DNA from: the human T2T-CHM13v2.0 reference genome, Homo sapiens
NCBI RefSeq assembly: GCF_009914755.1
Contig: NC_060925.1
Length of the DNA: 64,000 bases
Strand: one strand, 5' to 3'
Shown here piece by piece: positions 38,350 through 55,554 of the stretch (the stretch's first letter is position 1; each line of letters begins with the position of its first letter). Position numbers and translations under genes: made by a program. The notes below the pieces were generated by a model that was given only the letters and a program-made list of their open reading frames with translations, was not told the DNA's origin and ran no database searches.

Positions 38350-39479
38350 GACAAAGTTTAAATCTGCACCCTTCTGGGTGCAGAAGCCCTTCCCAGGACA
38401 CCTCCTCTGTCTGGTGAACTTGGACTCTCCTTCAAACTTTAGTGCAGAGGCCACTCTCTCAGAACCCCCCACATCCCCTAGCCTCTCAGAGCAGAACAGG
38501 ATGGCCTGTCCAACACCCCCTCTCCCCCACCCTGCATCCTATCCTGTCCTTTGAAATACTTCCCAGGTATGTGAATTTACATGTGTTTCTGACTCCCTAG
38601 TTGGTCTGTTATCTCCAGGCAGGGCAGGAAAGTGTCTTCAGTGCTCATGGCCTTATCTCCTGTACCTGCTCTGGAGTCCAGTAGTCGTAACAAGTAGTAG
38701 GAGCTCAGTAAATATTTGTTGAATGAACAAATAATTCTCTGAGCCCTGGAGGAAGGGTGGGCAGTGTCTCCAATGGACTGTGACAGTTACCTTAGTAAAA
38801 ATCTGGGGCTGGGGTCCAGAAACCTTGTGTGGCCCCTCTGCATTCCTGTAGTCACAAGGTTGGGTGCTTAGTGAGCCTGGCTGGCCAGGCAGGGCAGGTG
38901 CCTGGCGTGATGGGACAGTGCCATCTAGCTGCGGCTAGGCCAGAGCAACAACAGGGCCCGCGAGTTGGCTTGGTCAAAGCGATGTCATACAGGGGAGTCC
39001 CTGGGCACTGCTAATTCCTTAGCAAGCAAGCAGCTAAGGGGTTGACACAACCTCAGCTTAATTGGTCTCCAACTTGAGGCCTAGGCTGCTATAAGGGGAG
39101 CCCAGGGTCAGGCTGGAGATGCCTTTGAAGGAGCCCCAGGTGGATACCAAACTTATCAAAAGCACCTGGAAATGACCCTGCATGTGACCAGGCTACTTAC
39201 AGAGGCGGTGTCCAGGTCACTGGGTATTGTCCTACTGTATGCTTGATGGCCCCATCATACAGGGGGCAGTACGGAACTCTGAATGCGGAACAAATGCATG
39301 TCCCCAGGACTGTTGAGGGTGCTGGGAGCCAGGCCCCTGTTCACTTCCTCACTCTGGACCTCATCTGTCCAGGGGGCAGAGACAGGGTCTACAGCATCCT
39401 GTCTTCCTCACAGCCTGGCATGGGCCTGGCAGGCACATAGACCCTTGCTCTGTGGCTCTGCCTGGCAGAAGCCGACCGG

Positions 39480-39665
39480 TGTGAGAAGAGCCTTCTAGCA
39501 GTTGGAGCTGTGTAGGCACCAAAAGGGCTGTTCTGTGAGAGGATGAGTCCTTGTCACTGTCAGTGCTCAGATCAAGGCAGCCTTAGCTGGGTCAAATGCT
39601 AAGCTGGGAGTGCTCTATTGGACTGGATTACATGCCTTCTGATAGTCCCTTAACTTGACGATTGT
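39480..39665 (+). mobile_element. L3/CR1-like 3' fragment
   Basis: ttctagcagttggagctgt...gagtccttgtcactg...ttggactggat...gtcccttaact. Confidence 0.45.
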
Positions 39666-39729
39666 ATAAAATGTAAACTGCTCAATGCATATCCCTCCCA
39701 TAGCACTTTAACACTGTTCACTGTAAATC

Positions 39730-40130
39730 TGTGCCACAAGCTAGGATCCTCAAGAAGCAAACTCTGAGACGGAGATAAGTGTTCAGGACATTTGTTAGGG
39801 AGTTCTCTTGGGATGATCCCTTGTGGAAGAGAGGGGCAACAGCAGTGAGATTGGACAGAGGGAGAAGTTGAGCTGCACTGCAGTCTGAACAACAGTCCCA
39901 GCTGACCCTGCAGGGAGCTTGGGAGCTGGAATGACCTTCAGAGTTGTCTCAAACTGGGGAGAGCAGGCTGGGTGTTCATAGTATATATTGATCTGTCATT
40001 GGGTGCAGGCTGGCCTGGGCAGGTGGTGTGATCTAGGGCAGTCCTGGAAGGGGCTGGCTGTGCTCCCTGAGGGTGGGGAATGTGTCCTGCATTTCTGGAG
40101 GGGGTCCGCACACGGCAGCATCTGCCACTC
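39730..40130 (-). mobile_element. LTR16-family (ERVL) LTR
   Basis: agaagcaaactctgagacggagat...gattggacagagggagaagttgagctgc. Confidence 0.75.
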
Positions 40131-40984
40131 TTCCGGTGCTGACATTTTAAGCAGCAGTGAGCAGTAAGGAAGGTCATTTGGGGCAGTGAACCCTGTCCTG
40201 TGTTTCTCAATCCCTGCCCTTGAACAGCTCCCTAAGGGGCAATGACCAGAGTCCTAGTGGGGGTGCTCTGGCCCCTCCACATTCATTTTCTCTGCCTATT
40301 CTGAGAGGAGGTTCAGGCTGGAGGTCTGGTGGGGAGGTGGTGAGCACAGGAGGTGCACAAAGGGACAAAAGGCTCTTGCCTTAAATGCCCACAATTAGAA
40401 CCAGCTCCTTTCTATTCCCACCATGCAAGGGCCCTAATTAAAATTTAAACTCATGTTTCCTTTTTTTCTTTTTAAAGTTTCCATGGTAGGTAATTAACTT
40501 TTCCTTTCTGCGAGTGAGCAACTAATTAATGCTCTGTTCATAAGGACGGCGATCAGAGCACTGCGACTTGCCTGGGAGTTTGTTTCTTTCATTTATTTCC
40601 ACCTTCCAAAAGAACTGGCTTGGTGAAAGTGGGGGCAGAGAAAGGAAAGAAGCTCTGCCAACATCTGTTGTGTGCAGCAGGGTGCTGACAAAGTCCTTAC
40701 AACATGAAATCCTTACCATGAGGAGGGCATACAGGGTCTTCCCTGGACCAACAGAAGCAGCCGGGTGCAAAAGTGTTCCTGTCTAAGTGAGCCTTCCTCA
40801 GGAGGGGCCAGCTGAATACTTCCCTGGGGAACAAAAGCACCTGTGGCTGAACTGCACTGGCATCATGGGTGTGAGGGCCCTCCCACTGCCAGCCTCTGTG
40901 CCTTCCTCTCCCAGGCCCCTGGGTTCACCTCCTGGCCACACAAGCCTCAGGGAGAGGATACGGATTAACAGTGTTTGTACAAAT

Positions 40985-42160
<1,176 letters not shown>

Positions 42161-42577
42161 GGATAAATAAAGAATGCTGAGGTCACCCAGAAAGAAGAAA
42201 GGCAAGAAGCAGCTACCAGAGTTGGGGAATAAGAGGGAAGCATTTTATAGAAGCTTGGAGAGTGAATGAGGGTGCCCTGAGCAAGTGGGGCTCAGACCCC
42301 TGACTCATGGAGCCAATCAATTCTATAAAGATCCAAATGCAAAACTAACAACAAATGTTGTTTCGACATATGTACCGATGTGGCAAAATTTTTAAAAAGC
42401 AAGGGAACGATAAACACAAATTTAAATGGCAATTACCTCTTCCACAGGGAGGCAGAGGGGTGGAGGAAAAGGCACATATAGGACGATGCAAGTTATATGA
42501 TTTCTAGTTCTCGTGAGTGATGGGCTCATGGGTGTTGATCGTATTTTGTTTTATAAGTAACATTTAAAAATATGTTT

Positions 42578-43410
<833 letters not shown>

Positions 43411-43467
43411 AATACATAATTATTTGATATGCATAGAATATTGAACTTTAAAATATGAGTGGGGGTC

Positions 43468-43770
43468 TAGGGTGTGGTGGCTTAACACCTGTAATCCCAG
43501 CACTTTGGGAGGCCGAGGTGAGAAGATTGCTTGAGGCTAGGAACTTGAGACCAGCCTGGGCAACATAGCGAGACTCTAACTCTACAAAAAAAATTTAAAA
43601 ATTTTAAGATATTAGCCTGGCATGCTGGTGCACACCTGTAGTCCCAGCTACTCAGGAGACTGAAGTGGAGGATTGCTTGAGCCCAGGAGTTCCAGGCTAC
43701 AGAGAGCTATGATTGTACCACTGTATTCCAGCCTGGGTCACAGAGAGACTATGTCTCAATCAATCAATCA
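43468..43770 (+). mobile_element. AluJ
   Basis: Diverged dimer with a (tcaa)n tail. Confidence 0.9.
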
Positions 43771-44223
43771 ATAATGAAAACAGTGAGAGGTAAAAGAAAA
43801 AAGAGAATCTAGGTTTGAGGGAGGCCAGCTGGAAGTAATATGAGTGGTGCCCTGACATGCAGGGAGTGGGCAGCCTGGAGGAGGGATGAGTGGGTGCCCA
43901 AAGGGAGCCGGGATCCTGCCAAGAGACTGCAGGGCCTCTCTGCCCACACGAGGGCGCCCCACATTGCCGTATCTGGGCTAGGGGATGGGAAATGAAGACC
44001 AAGAAAAGGCCTTCTGGGGAGGGAATGTCCTGTGTGCCCACACACTGGCCCCTCTCTCCAGGTTTCTTGAAGGTCAGCGTGAGGTCCCTCTGGCAACTGG
44101 AGACAGAGCCGGTTTTCAAGCCCTGAGAATGCATGCCTCTGCAAGTCAAGGCTGTCTCCTCTGCAGGGTAGCATGTGTTATGGTTGATTGTGAGTGGTGG
44201 CAGTGAGGGTGTGAGTGGGTAAC

Positions 44224-44638
44224 TGTCAGGCCTCTGAGCCCAAGCTAAGCCATCATATCCCCTGTGACCTGCACTTACACTTCCAGATGGCCAGTTCCTG
44301 CCTTAACTGATCACATTCCACCACAAAAGAAGTGAAAATGGCCTGTTCCTGCCTTTGCTGATGACATTACCTTGTGAAATTCCTTCTCCTGGCTCATCCT
44401 GGCTCAAAAGCTCCCCTGCTGAGCACCTTGTGACCCCCCCGCCCCTGCCCACCAGAGAACAACCCCCTTTGACTGTAATTTTCCTTTACCCACCCAAATC
44501 CTATAAAACAGCCCCACCCCTATCTCCCTTCGCTGACTCTCCTTTCGGACTCAGCCCACCTGCACCCAGGTGAAATAAACAGCCTTGTTGCTCACACAAA
44601 TCCTGTTTGGTGGTCTCTTCACACGGACGTGAGTGAAA
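44224..44638 (+). promoter_or_regulatory. 5' LTR7 of provirus A
   Basis: TATAAAA 44502-44508; AATAAA 44574-44579; downstream splice donor G/GTAAGC at 44786. Confidence 0.85.
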
Positions 44639-44641
44639 TTT

Positions 44642-44659
44642 TGGTGCCGTGACTCGGAT
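44642..44659 (+). other. tRNA-His primer-binding site
   Basis: TGGTGCCGTGACTCGGAT, an 18/18 complement of the tRNA-His 3' end. Confidence 0.95.
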
Positions 44660-45215
44660 TGGGGGACCTCCCTTGGGAGATCAATCCCCTGTCCTCCTGC
44701 TCTTTGCTCCGTGAGAAAGATCCACCTACGACCTCGGGTCCTCAGACCGACCAACCCAAGGAACATCTCACCAATTTTAAATTGGGTAAGCGGCCTCTCT
44801 TTACTCTCTTCTCCAACCTCTCACTATCCCTCAATCTCTTTCTCCTTTCAATCTTGGCACCACCCTTCAATCTCTCCCTTCTCTTAATTTCAATTCCTTT
44901 CATTTTCTGATAGAGACAAAGGAGACACATTTTATCTGTGGACCCAAAACTCTGGCGCCGGTCACGGACTCGGGAAGGCAGCCTTCCCTTGGTGTTTAAT
45001 CACTGCAGGGACACCTCTCTGATTATTCACCCACATTTCACTGGTGTCTGATCACCGTGGGGACGCCTGCCTTGGTCATTCACCCACATTCCCTTGGTGG
45101 CAAGTCAGTTGCGGGGACTCCTGCTTTGGCTGCTCCCCCATGTTGCAGCCCAGGGCTGCTCCCCACCTCCCTTCTCTGTGTCTTTACCCTTCTCTTTAAA
45201 CTTACCTCCTTCACC

Positions 45216-46470
45216 ATGGGCAACCTTCCGCCCTCCATTCCCCCTTCTTCTCCCTTAGCCTGTGTTCTCAAGAACTTAAAACCTCTTCAACTCTCGCCTG
45301 ACCTAAAACTTAAACGCCTTATTTTCTTCTGCAACACTGCTTGGCCCCAATACAAACTCGAAAATGGTTCTAAATGTCCAGAAAATGGCACTTTTGATTT
45401 CTCCATCCTACGAGACCTAGATAATTTTTGTCAAAAAATGGGCAAATGGTCTGAAGTGCCTGACGTCCAGGCATTCTTTTACACATTGTTCTCTCCCTAG
45501 TCTCTGTTCCCAATGCGACTCATCCGAAATCCTCCTTCTTTCCCTCTCGCCTGTGCTCTCAGTCCCAACTCCAAGCGTCGCCGAGTCTTTCTTTCTTTTC
45601 TACAGACCCATCTGACCTCTCCCCTCCTCCCCAGGCTGCTCCTCACCAGGCTGAGCTAGGTCCCAATTCTTCTTTAGCCTCTGCTCCCCCACCCTATAAT
45701 CCTTTTATCACCTCCCCTCCTCACACCCGGTCCGGCTTACAGTTTCGTTCCTCGACTAGACCTCCCCCACCTGCCCAGCAATTTCCTCATAAAAAGTTGG
45801 CTGGAGCTAAAGGCATAGTCAAGGTTAATAATGCTCCTTTTTCTTTATCCGATCTATCCCAAATCAGTTAGCGTTTAGGCTCTTTTTCATCGAATATAAA
45901 AACCCAGCTCAGTTCATGGCTCGCTTGGCAGCAACCCTGAGATGCTTTACAGCCCTAGACCCTGAAAGGTCAAAAGGCCGTCTTATTCTCAAAATACATT
46001 TTATTACCCAATCCACTCCCGGCATTAAATAAAACTCCAAAAATTAAATTCCAGCCCTCAAACCCCACGACAGGACTTAATTAACCTCGCCTTCAAGGTG
46101 TGTAATAATAGAGTAAAGGCAGCTAAGTAGCAATGTATTTCTGAGTTGCAATTCCTTGCCTCCACTGTGAGACAAACCCCAGCCACATCTCCAGCACACA
46201 AGAACTCCAAACGCCCGAACGGCAGCTGCCAGGGGTTCCTCCAGAACCTCCTCCCCCAGGAGCTTGCTACAAGTGCCGGAAATCTGGCCACTCGGCCAAG
46301 GAAAGCCCACAGCCCGGAATTCCTCCTAAGCTGTGTCCCATCTGTGCGGGACCCCACTGGAAATTGGACTGTCCAACTTGCCCGGCAGCCACTCCCAGAG
46401 CCCCTGGAACTCTGGCCCAAGGCTCTCTGACTCCTTCCCAGATCTTCTCGGCTTAGCGGCTGAAGACTGA
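45216..46470 (+). pseudogene. gag: HERV-H gag relic
   Basis: MGNLPPSIPPSSPLACVLKNL...FFCNTAWPQYKL...LDNFCQKMGKWSEVP, then stops and frameshifts; degenerate NC zinc-knuckle region near 46260-46380. Confidence 0.85.
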
Positions 46471-46531
46471 CGCTGACCGATCACCTCAGAAGCCTACAGG
46501 ATGATCACAGAAGCTTTAGGTAACTCTCATA

Positions 46532-48600
46532 GTGGAGGATGGACTTAAGAAGTCCGTCCCCTTCTTAATCAATACGGAGGCTACCCACTCCATATTACCT
46601 TCTTTTCAAGGGCCTGTTTCCCTTGACTCCATAACTGTTGTGGGTATTGAATGCCAGGCTTCTAAACCTCTTAAAACTCCCCAACTCTGGTGCCAACTTA
46701 GACAATATTATTTTAAGCACTTCTTTTTAGTTATCCTCACCTGCCCAGTTCCCTTATTAGGTTGAGACATTTTAACTAAATTACCTGCTTCCCTGACTAT
46801 TCCTGGGCTACAGCCACACCTCATTGCCGCCTTTTCCCCCAGTTCAAAGCCTCCTTCACATCCTCCCCTTGTATCTCCCCACCTCAATCCATAGGTATAA
46901 GACACCTCTACTCCCTCCTTGGTGACCGATTACGCACCCCTTACCATCCCATTAAAACCTAATCACCCTTACCCCACTCAATGCCAATATCCGATCCCAC
47001 AGCCCACTTTAAAAAGATTAAAGCCTGTTATCACTTGCCTGTTACGGCACGGCCTTTTAAACTCTCCTTACAATTACCCCATTTTACCTGTCCAAAAACT
47101 GGACAAGTCTTACAGGTTAGTTCAGGATCTACGCCTTAGCAACCAAATTGTTTTGCCTATCCACCCCGTGGTGCCAAACCCATATACTCTCCTATCCTCA
47201 ATACCTCCCTCCACAACCCATTATTCTGTTCCAGATCTCAAACATGCTTTCTTTACTATTCCTTTGCACCCTTCATCCCAGCCTCTCTTTGCTTTCACTT
47301 GGACTGACCCTGACACCCATCAGACTCAGCAAATTACCTGGGCTGTACTGCCTCAAGGCTTCACAGAGAGCACCCCCCCCCCCATTACTTCAGTCAAGCC
47401 CAAATTTCTTCCCCATCTGTTACCTATCTCGGCATAATTCTCACAAAAACACATGTGTTCTCCCTGCTGATCGTGTCCGACTAATCTCCCAAATCTCAAT
47501 CCCTTCTACAAAACAACTCCTTTCCTTGCTAGGCATGGTTAGTGCAGTCAGAATTCTTACACAAGAGCCGGGACCGTGCCCTGTAGCTTTCTGTCCAAAC
47601 AACTTGACCTTACTGTTTTACCCTAGCCCTCATGTCTGCGTGCAGCGGCTGCCACTGCTTTAATACTTTTAGAGGCCGTAAAAATCACATACTATGCTCA
47701 ATTCACTCTCTACAGTTCTCATAACTTCCAAAATCTATTTTCTTCCTCACACCTGATGGGTATACTTTCTGCTCCCTGGCTTCTTCAGCTGTACTCACTC
47801 TTTGTTGAGTCTCCCACAATTACCATTGTTCCTGGCCCGGACTTAATCTGGCTTCCCACATTACTCCTGATATTACGCCTGACCCCCATGACTGTATCAC
47901 TCTGATCCACCTGACATTCACCCCATTTCCCCATATTTCCTTCTTTCCTGTTCCTCACCCTGATCACGCTTGGTTTATTGATGGCAGTTCCACCAGGCCT
48001 AATCGCCACTCACCAGCAAAGGCAGGCTACGCTGTAGTACAAGCCGCTAGCCCGCCTCTCAGAACCTCTCATTTCCTTTCCATCATGGAAATCTATCCTC
48101 AAGGAAATCACTTCTCAGTGTTCCAGCTGCTATTCTACTACTCCTCAGGGATTATTCAGGACCCCCGCCCCTGCCCCCCGCTTCCCTACACATCAAGCTT
48201 GGGGATTTGCCCTCTCCCAGGACTGGCAAATTGACTTTACTCACATGCTCCGAGTCAGGAAACTAAAATACCTCTTGGTCTGGGTAGACACTTTCACTGG
48301 ATGGGTAGAGGCCTTTCCCACAGGGTCTGAGAAGGTCACCACAGTCATTTCTTCTCTTCTGTCAGACATAATTCCTCGGTTTAGCCTTCCCACCTCTATA
48401 CAGTCTGATAATGGACAGGCCTTTATTAGTCAAATCACCCAAGCAGTTTCTCAGGCTCTTGGTATTCAGTGAACTGATGGTCTTTTTAAAACACATCTCA
48501 CAAAGCTCAGCTACAAACTTAAAAAGGACTTGACAATACTTTTACCACTTTCCCTTCTCAGAATTCGGGCCTGTCCTCGGAATGCTACAAGTTACAGCCC
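46532..48600 (+). pseudogene. pol: HERV-H pro-pol relic
   Basis: Protease [10 protein letters not shown] (catalytic Asp lost). RT LPVQKLDKSYRLVQDLR...LPQGF with the YXDD segment deleted. RNase H start WFIDGSS near 47970. Integrase WVDTFTGWVEAFP...IQSDNG at 48245-48472. Confidence 0.9.
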
Positions 48601-48714
48601 ATTTGAGCTTCTGTAATAGACTCTCGTTTTATTAGGCCCCAGTCTCATTCCAGACACCAGACCAACTTGAACTGCGCCCCAAAAAACTTGTCATCCCTAC
48701 TGTCTTCTGTCTAG

Positions 48715-49112
<398 letters not shown>

Positions 49113-50153
49113 CCACTCCCACTTAAAGTAAATAAATAATCTTTGCTGGCAGGGCTATGCTAAACCTCCTTGGGCACTCTCTAATTGGATGTCCTGGGTC
49201 CTCCCAATTCTTAGCCCTTTAATACCGGTTTTTCTCCTTCTCTTATTCGGACCTTGTGTCTTCCATTTAGTTTTTCAATTCATACAAAACCACATCCAGG
49301 CCATCACCAATCATTCTATATGACAATGTTTCTTCTCACAACCCCACAATATCACCCCTTACCACAAAATCTTCCTTCAGCTTAATCTCTCCCACTCTAG
49401 GTTCCCACGCCACCCCCACTCCCGCTCAAAGCAGCCCTGAGAAACATCGACGATTATCTCTCCATACCACGCCCACCAAAATTTTTGCTGCCCCAACACT
49501 TCAACACTATTTTATGTTATTTTTCTTATTAATATAAGAAGACAGGAATGTCAGGCCTCTGAGCCCAGGCTAAGCCATCATATCCCCTATGACCTGCACG
49601 TACACATCCAGATGGCCGGTTCCTGCCTTAACTGATGACATTCCACCACAAAAGAAGTGAAAATGGCCAGTCCCTGCCTTAACTGATGACATTACCTTGT
49701 GACCCCCCACTCCTGCACACCAGAGAACAACCCCCTTTGACTGTAATTTTCCTTTACCTACCCAAATTCTATAAAATAGCCCCACCCCTATCTCCCTTCG
49801 CTGACTCTCTTTTTGGACTCAGCCCGCCTGCACCCAGGTGAAATAAACAGCCTTGTTGCTCACACAAAGCCTGTTTGGTGGACGCAAGTGAAAGTAACCA
49901 GGTGCCTGGGGAGTCTCTCTCCATTGCGCATGATGGGCTTCCCCATGGCTTCCTTCTCGGGAGAGGAGAAAAGTCCAGGGTGCAGAGAAATTGTCAGTAG
50001 CCTTTCCCTTCTCCCCTCCTCACCTTCACTTTTGCAGCTGCAGAGCTTAATCATTATTGAGGAATTCAATTGCAGTCAGGCCTTAAGGTTGATGGGAGGT
50101 GTCGGGGCTCACAACATAATACACCAAAGTATGGTGCTGTGGCATGCGTAGAC

Positions 50154-50400
50154 TTCTGAGAAATGCTTCATTAGGCGATTTTGTCATCGTGCAAACATCA
50201 CAGTGTATTTAACACAAATCTAGACAGCATAGCCCACTATACATCTAGGCTATATGGTATGGCTTATTGCACCTAGGCTACAAACATGTACAGTATGTTA
50301 CTATGTTGAATACTGTAGGTAACTCTAACACAATGATAAATATGTGTGTATCCAAACATACCTAAACATAGGAAAAGTACAGTCAAAATATGGTATTATA
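50154..50400 (+). mobile_element. Tigger3 (Golem) DNA transposon fragment
   Basis: ttctgagaaatgcttcattaggcgattttgtcatcgtgcaaacatc...ctaggctacaaacatgtacagtatgttact. Confidence 0.85.
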
Positions 50401-51312
<912 letters not shown>

Positions 51313-51333
51313 TAACCTTTTGATGATTATACT

Positions 51334-52359
51334 TGAAGGGGTGGCCTGCCCCTCCACACCTGTGGGTATTTTTAGTCGGGTGGGATGAGAGACTGAGAAA
51401 AGAAATAAGACACAGAGACAAAGTATAGAGAAACAATAGTGGGCCCAGGGGACTGGCGTTCAGCACACCAAGGACCTGCATCGGCACCGGCCTCTGAGTT
51501 CCCTCAGTTTTTATTATTATTTTCATTATTTTAGCAAAAAGGAATGTAGTAGGAGAGCAGGGTGATAATAAGGAGAAGGTCAACAAAAAACATGTGAGCA
51601 AAAGAATCTATATCATAATTAAGTTCAAGGGAAGGTACTATGCCTGGACGTGCACGTAGGCCAGATTTATGTTTCTCTCCACCCAAACATCTCAGTGGAG
51701 TAAAGAATAACAAGGCAGCATTACTGCAAACATGTCTCACCTCCCGCCATAGGGCGGTTTTTCTCCTATCTCAGAATTGAACAAATGTACAATCGGGTTT
51801 TACACCAAGACATTTAGTTCCCAGGGGCAGGCAGGAGACAGTGGCCTTCCTCTATCTCAGCTGCAAGAGGCTTTCCTCTTTTACTAATCCACCTCAGCAC
51901 AGACCCTTTATGGGTGTCAGGCTGGGGGACAGTCAGGTCTTTCTCATCCCACGAGGCCATATTTCAGACTATCACATGGGGAGAAACCTTGGACAATACC
52001 CCGCTTTCAAGGGCAGAGGTCCCTGCGGCTTTCCACAGTGCATTGTGCCCCTGGTTTATTGAGACTAGAGAATGGCAATGACCTTTATCAAGTATATTGC
52101 TTGTAAACATTTTGTTAACAAGGCATGTCCTGCACAGCCCTAGATCCCTTAAACCTTGATTTTATACAACACATGTTTTTGTGAGCTCCAAGTTCGGTCA
52201 AAGTGGTTGGGTCAAAGTGGCAGGGGCAAAGCTACAAATTAACAACATCTCAGCAAAGCAATTGTTTAAAGTACAGGTCTTTTTCAAAATGGAGTCTCTT
52301 ATGTCTTTCCTTTCTACATAGACACAGTGACAGTCTGATCTTTCTTTCTTTTCCCTACA
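51334..52359 (-). mobile_element. Solo LTR5A (HERV-K HML-2)
   Basis: Reverse complement starts TGTAGGGAAAAGAAAGAAAGATCAGACTG and ends GGGGCAGGCCACCCCTTCA; 1026 bp; 5-bp TSD atact at 51329-51333 and 52360-52364. Confidence 0.93.
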
Positions 52360-52904
52360 ATACTGTGATAGTAGCATTGATGGTTTGGAAGTGGCAAATG
52401 AGAAGTGAGGCTGGGAGGCTTTTCGAAGGAGATTTCAGGAATTCTGATGAGGCCCTGTGAGGGCCTGACCCACAGCTATAGCAAGGAAAAAGGCAAGGTG
52501 GGGGTGTTGATGGGGAGACACTGAAGCAGGGCGACCTACAGGGATTGGTACTTGAGAACTATGCAGGAGGAATGGGGTGGGGCCGGTGTGGGGGTGGAGG
52601 GAGTGCAGGAACCCCCTGAAGCTCCTGGCTCAGAAATCTACCCCCTGCAAGCCCAGGTCTTCCCAGCTGTGCTCCTCGTTAGCATTTGAGAAGCTGGACA
52701 ATGCTTAAAATTCACCTTCTAGGGCTGGGTCTACAGTTGTTACCAAATGTCTCCATAGCTTCCAGTGTGAATCGCATTCAGAATTACAATCAGATAGAAA
52801 GGCACTCAGGCCCTTCTCATTTAAAACAAACAAAAGCATGAGGGATAGGAGGGCACAGAGAATAAAAAACAGCAAGAGAAAAACGCCCTAGGGCAAACTT
52901 CATC

Positions 52905-53255
<351 letters not shown>

Positions 53256-53261
53256 TAGTCG

Positions 53262-53578
<317 letters not shown>

Positions 53579-54157
53579 TCAGTGCACCAGAATATGAATG
53601 AATGCTGGTCATATTTACAGTGTATGAAGCCCTTTTACATACAATTTATCATCTAATCCACACAAACCTTGGGGAAGTGGATATAAATAAAAACAATGAC
53701 TCTTTTGTGTGGGTGGAAGGAGTGTAGGAGCTGGATAAAGCTTCTGGCTTGGAAAACCACCCCCTGCACATCCAAGTCTTCCCCTGTTGTGCTTATCTTG
53801 TGCTTATCATGTGACGTAATCCTAACTTCTTCATGACTTATGGCCACTTCCTCCTGGGACCCAGCTGGAGTGAGCAAGTGAGTAAAATGCAAGCTCTTTT
53901 AATTCTTGAGACAGCAAAGCATATTAAGGAAGGAAATACACAAGTGAGAAAAATCACATTGTGAATTTCAAAGCCGAGGGACAAAACTGCAGAACTGCAG
54001 GAGCCAGTGATAGGTTTGGCCATTATTTACCCTCAGGATCACCCAGGACTCAGCCTCTTCTGTTTCCTGAACTTCCATCCAGTACAGCCTTCAGCTGTAG
54101 CCACTAAGCTGTAATGCAATTGCTTTACAAGACACTGTCTGGCACTGTCTTTTCTGA

Positions 54158-54626
<469 letters not shown>

Positions 54627-55554
54627 TCCTCTGCTGTTAATCTTATATAAACGTGGTACATTTGTCAATTTACCATTGGTACAATACTAAATTTCACTCG
54701 CCGTGTGAAGAGACCACCAAACAGGTTCTGTGTGAGCAACAAGGCTGTTTATTTCACCTGGGTGCAGGTGGGCTGAGTCCAAAAAGAGTCAGTGAATGGA
54801 GATAGGGGTGGGGCCGTTTTATAGGATTTGGGTAGGTAGTGGGAAATTACAGTCAAAGGGGATTGTTCTCTGTTAGGCAGGAGTGGGGGTCACAAGGTGC
54901 TCAGTGGGGGAGCTTTTGAGCCAGGATGAGCCAGGAGAAGGAATTTCACAAGGTAATGTCATCAGTTAAGGCAGGCACGCGCCATTTTCACTTCTTTTGT
55001 GATTCTTCAGTTACTTCAGGCCATCTGGATGCATACATGCAGGTCACAGGGGATATGATGGCTTAGCTTGGGCTCAGAGACCTGATATTCCTGTCTTCTT
55101 ATATTAATAAGAAAAATAAAACAAAATAGTGGTAAAGTGTTGGGATGGTAAAAATTTTTCGGGGGGTGGTATGGAAAGATAATGGATGATGTTTCTCAGG
55201 GTTGCTTCTAGCGGGATTAGGGGTGGCATGGGAACCTAGAGTGGGAGAGATTAAGCTGAAGGAAGATTTTGTGGTAAGGGGTGATATTGTGGGGTTGTGA
55301 GAAGAAACAGTTGTCATATAGAATGATTGGTGATGGCCTGGATACAGTTTTGTTATGAATTGAGAAACTAAACAGAAGACACAAGGTCCAAATAAGAGAA
55401 GGAGAAAAACAGGTATTAAATGACTAAGAATTGGGAGGACCTAGGACATCCAATTAGAGAGTGCTCAAGGGGGTTCAGCATAGCCCTGCCAGCAAAGATT
55501 ATTTATTTACTTTAAGAGTTAAGAGTGGCGGTTTGGGGATAGCACCAGGAGATA

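Noticed and set aside
44642-44659. tRNA-like sequence (also 60195-60212 and 61193-61210)
   Set aside because: These are 18-nt retroviral primer-binding sites, not tRNA genes.
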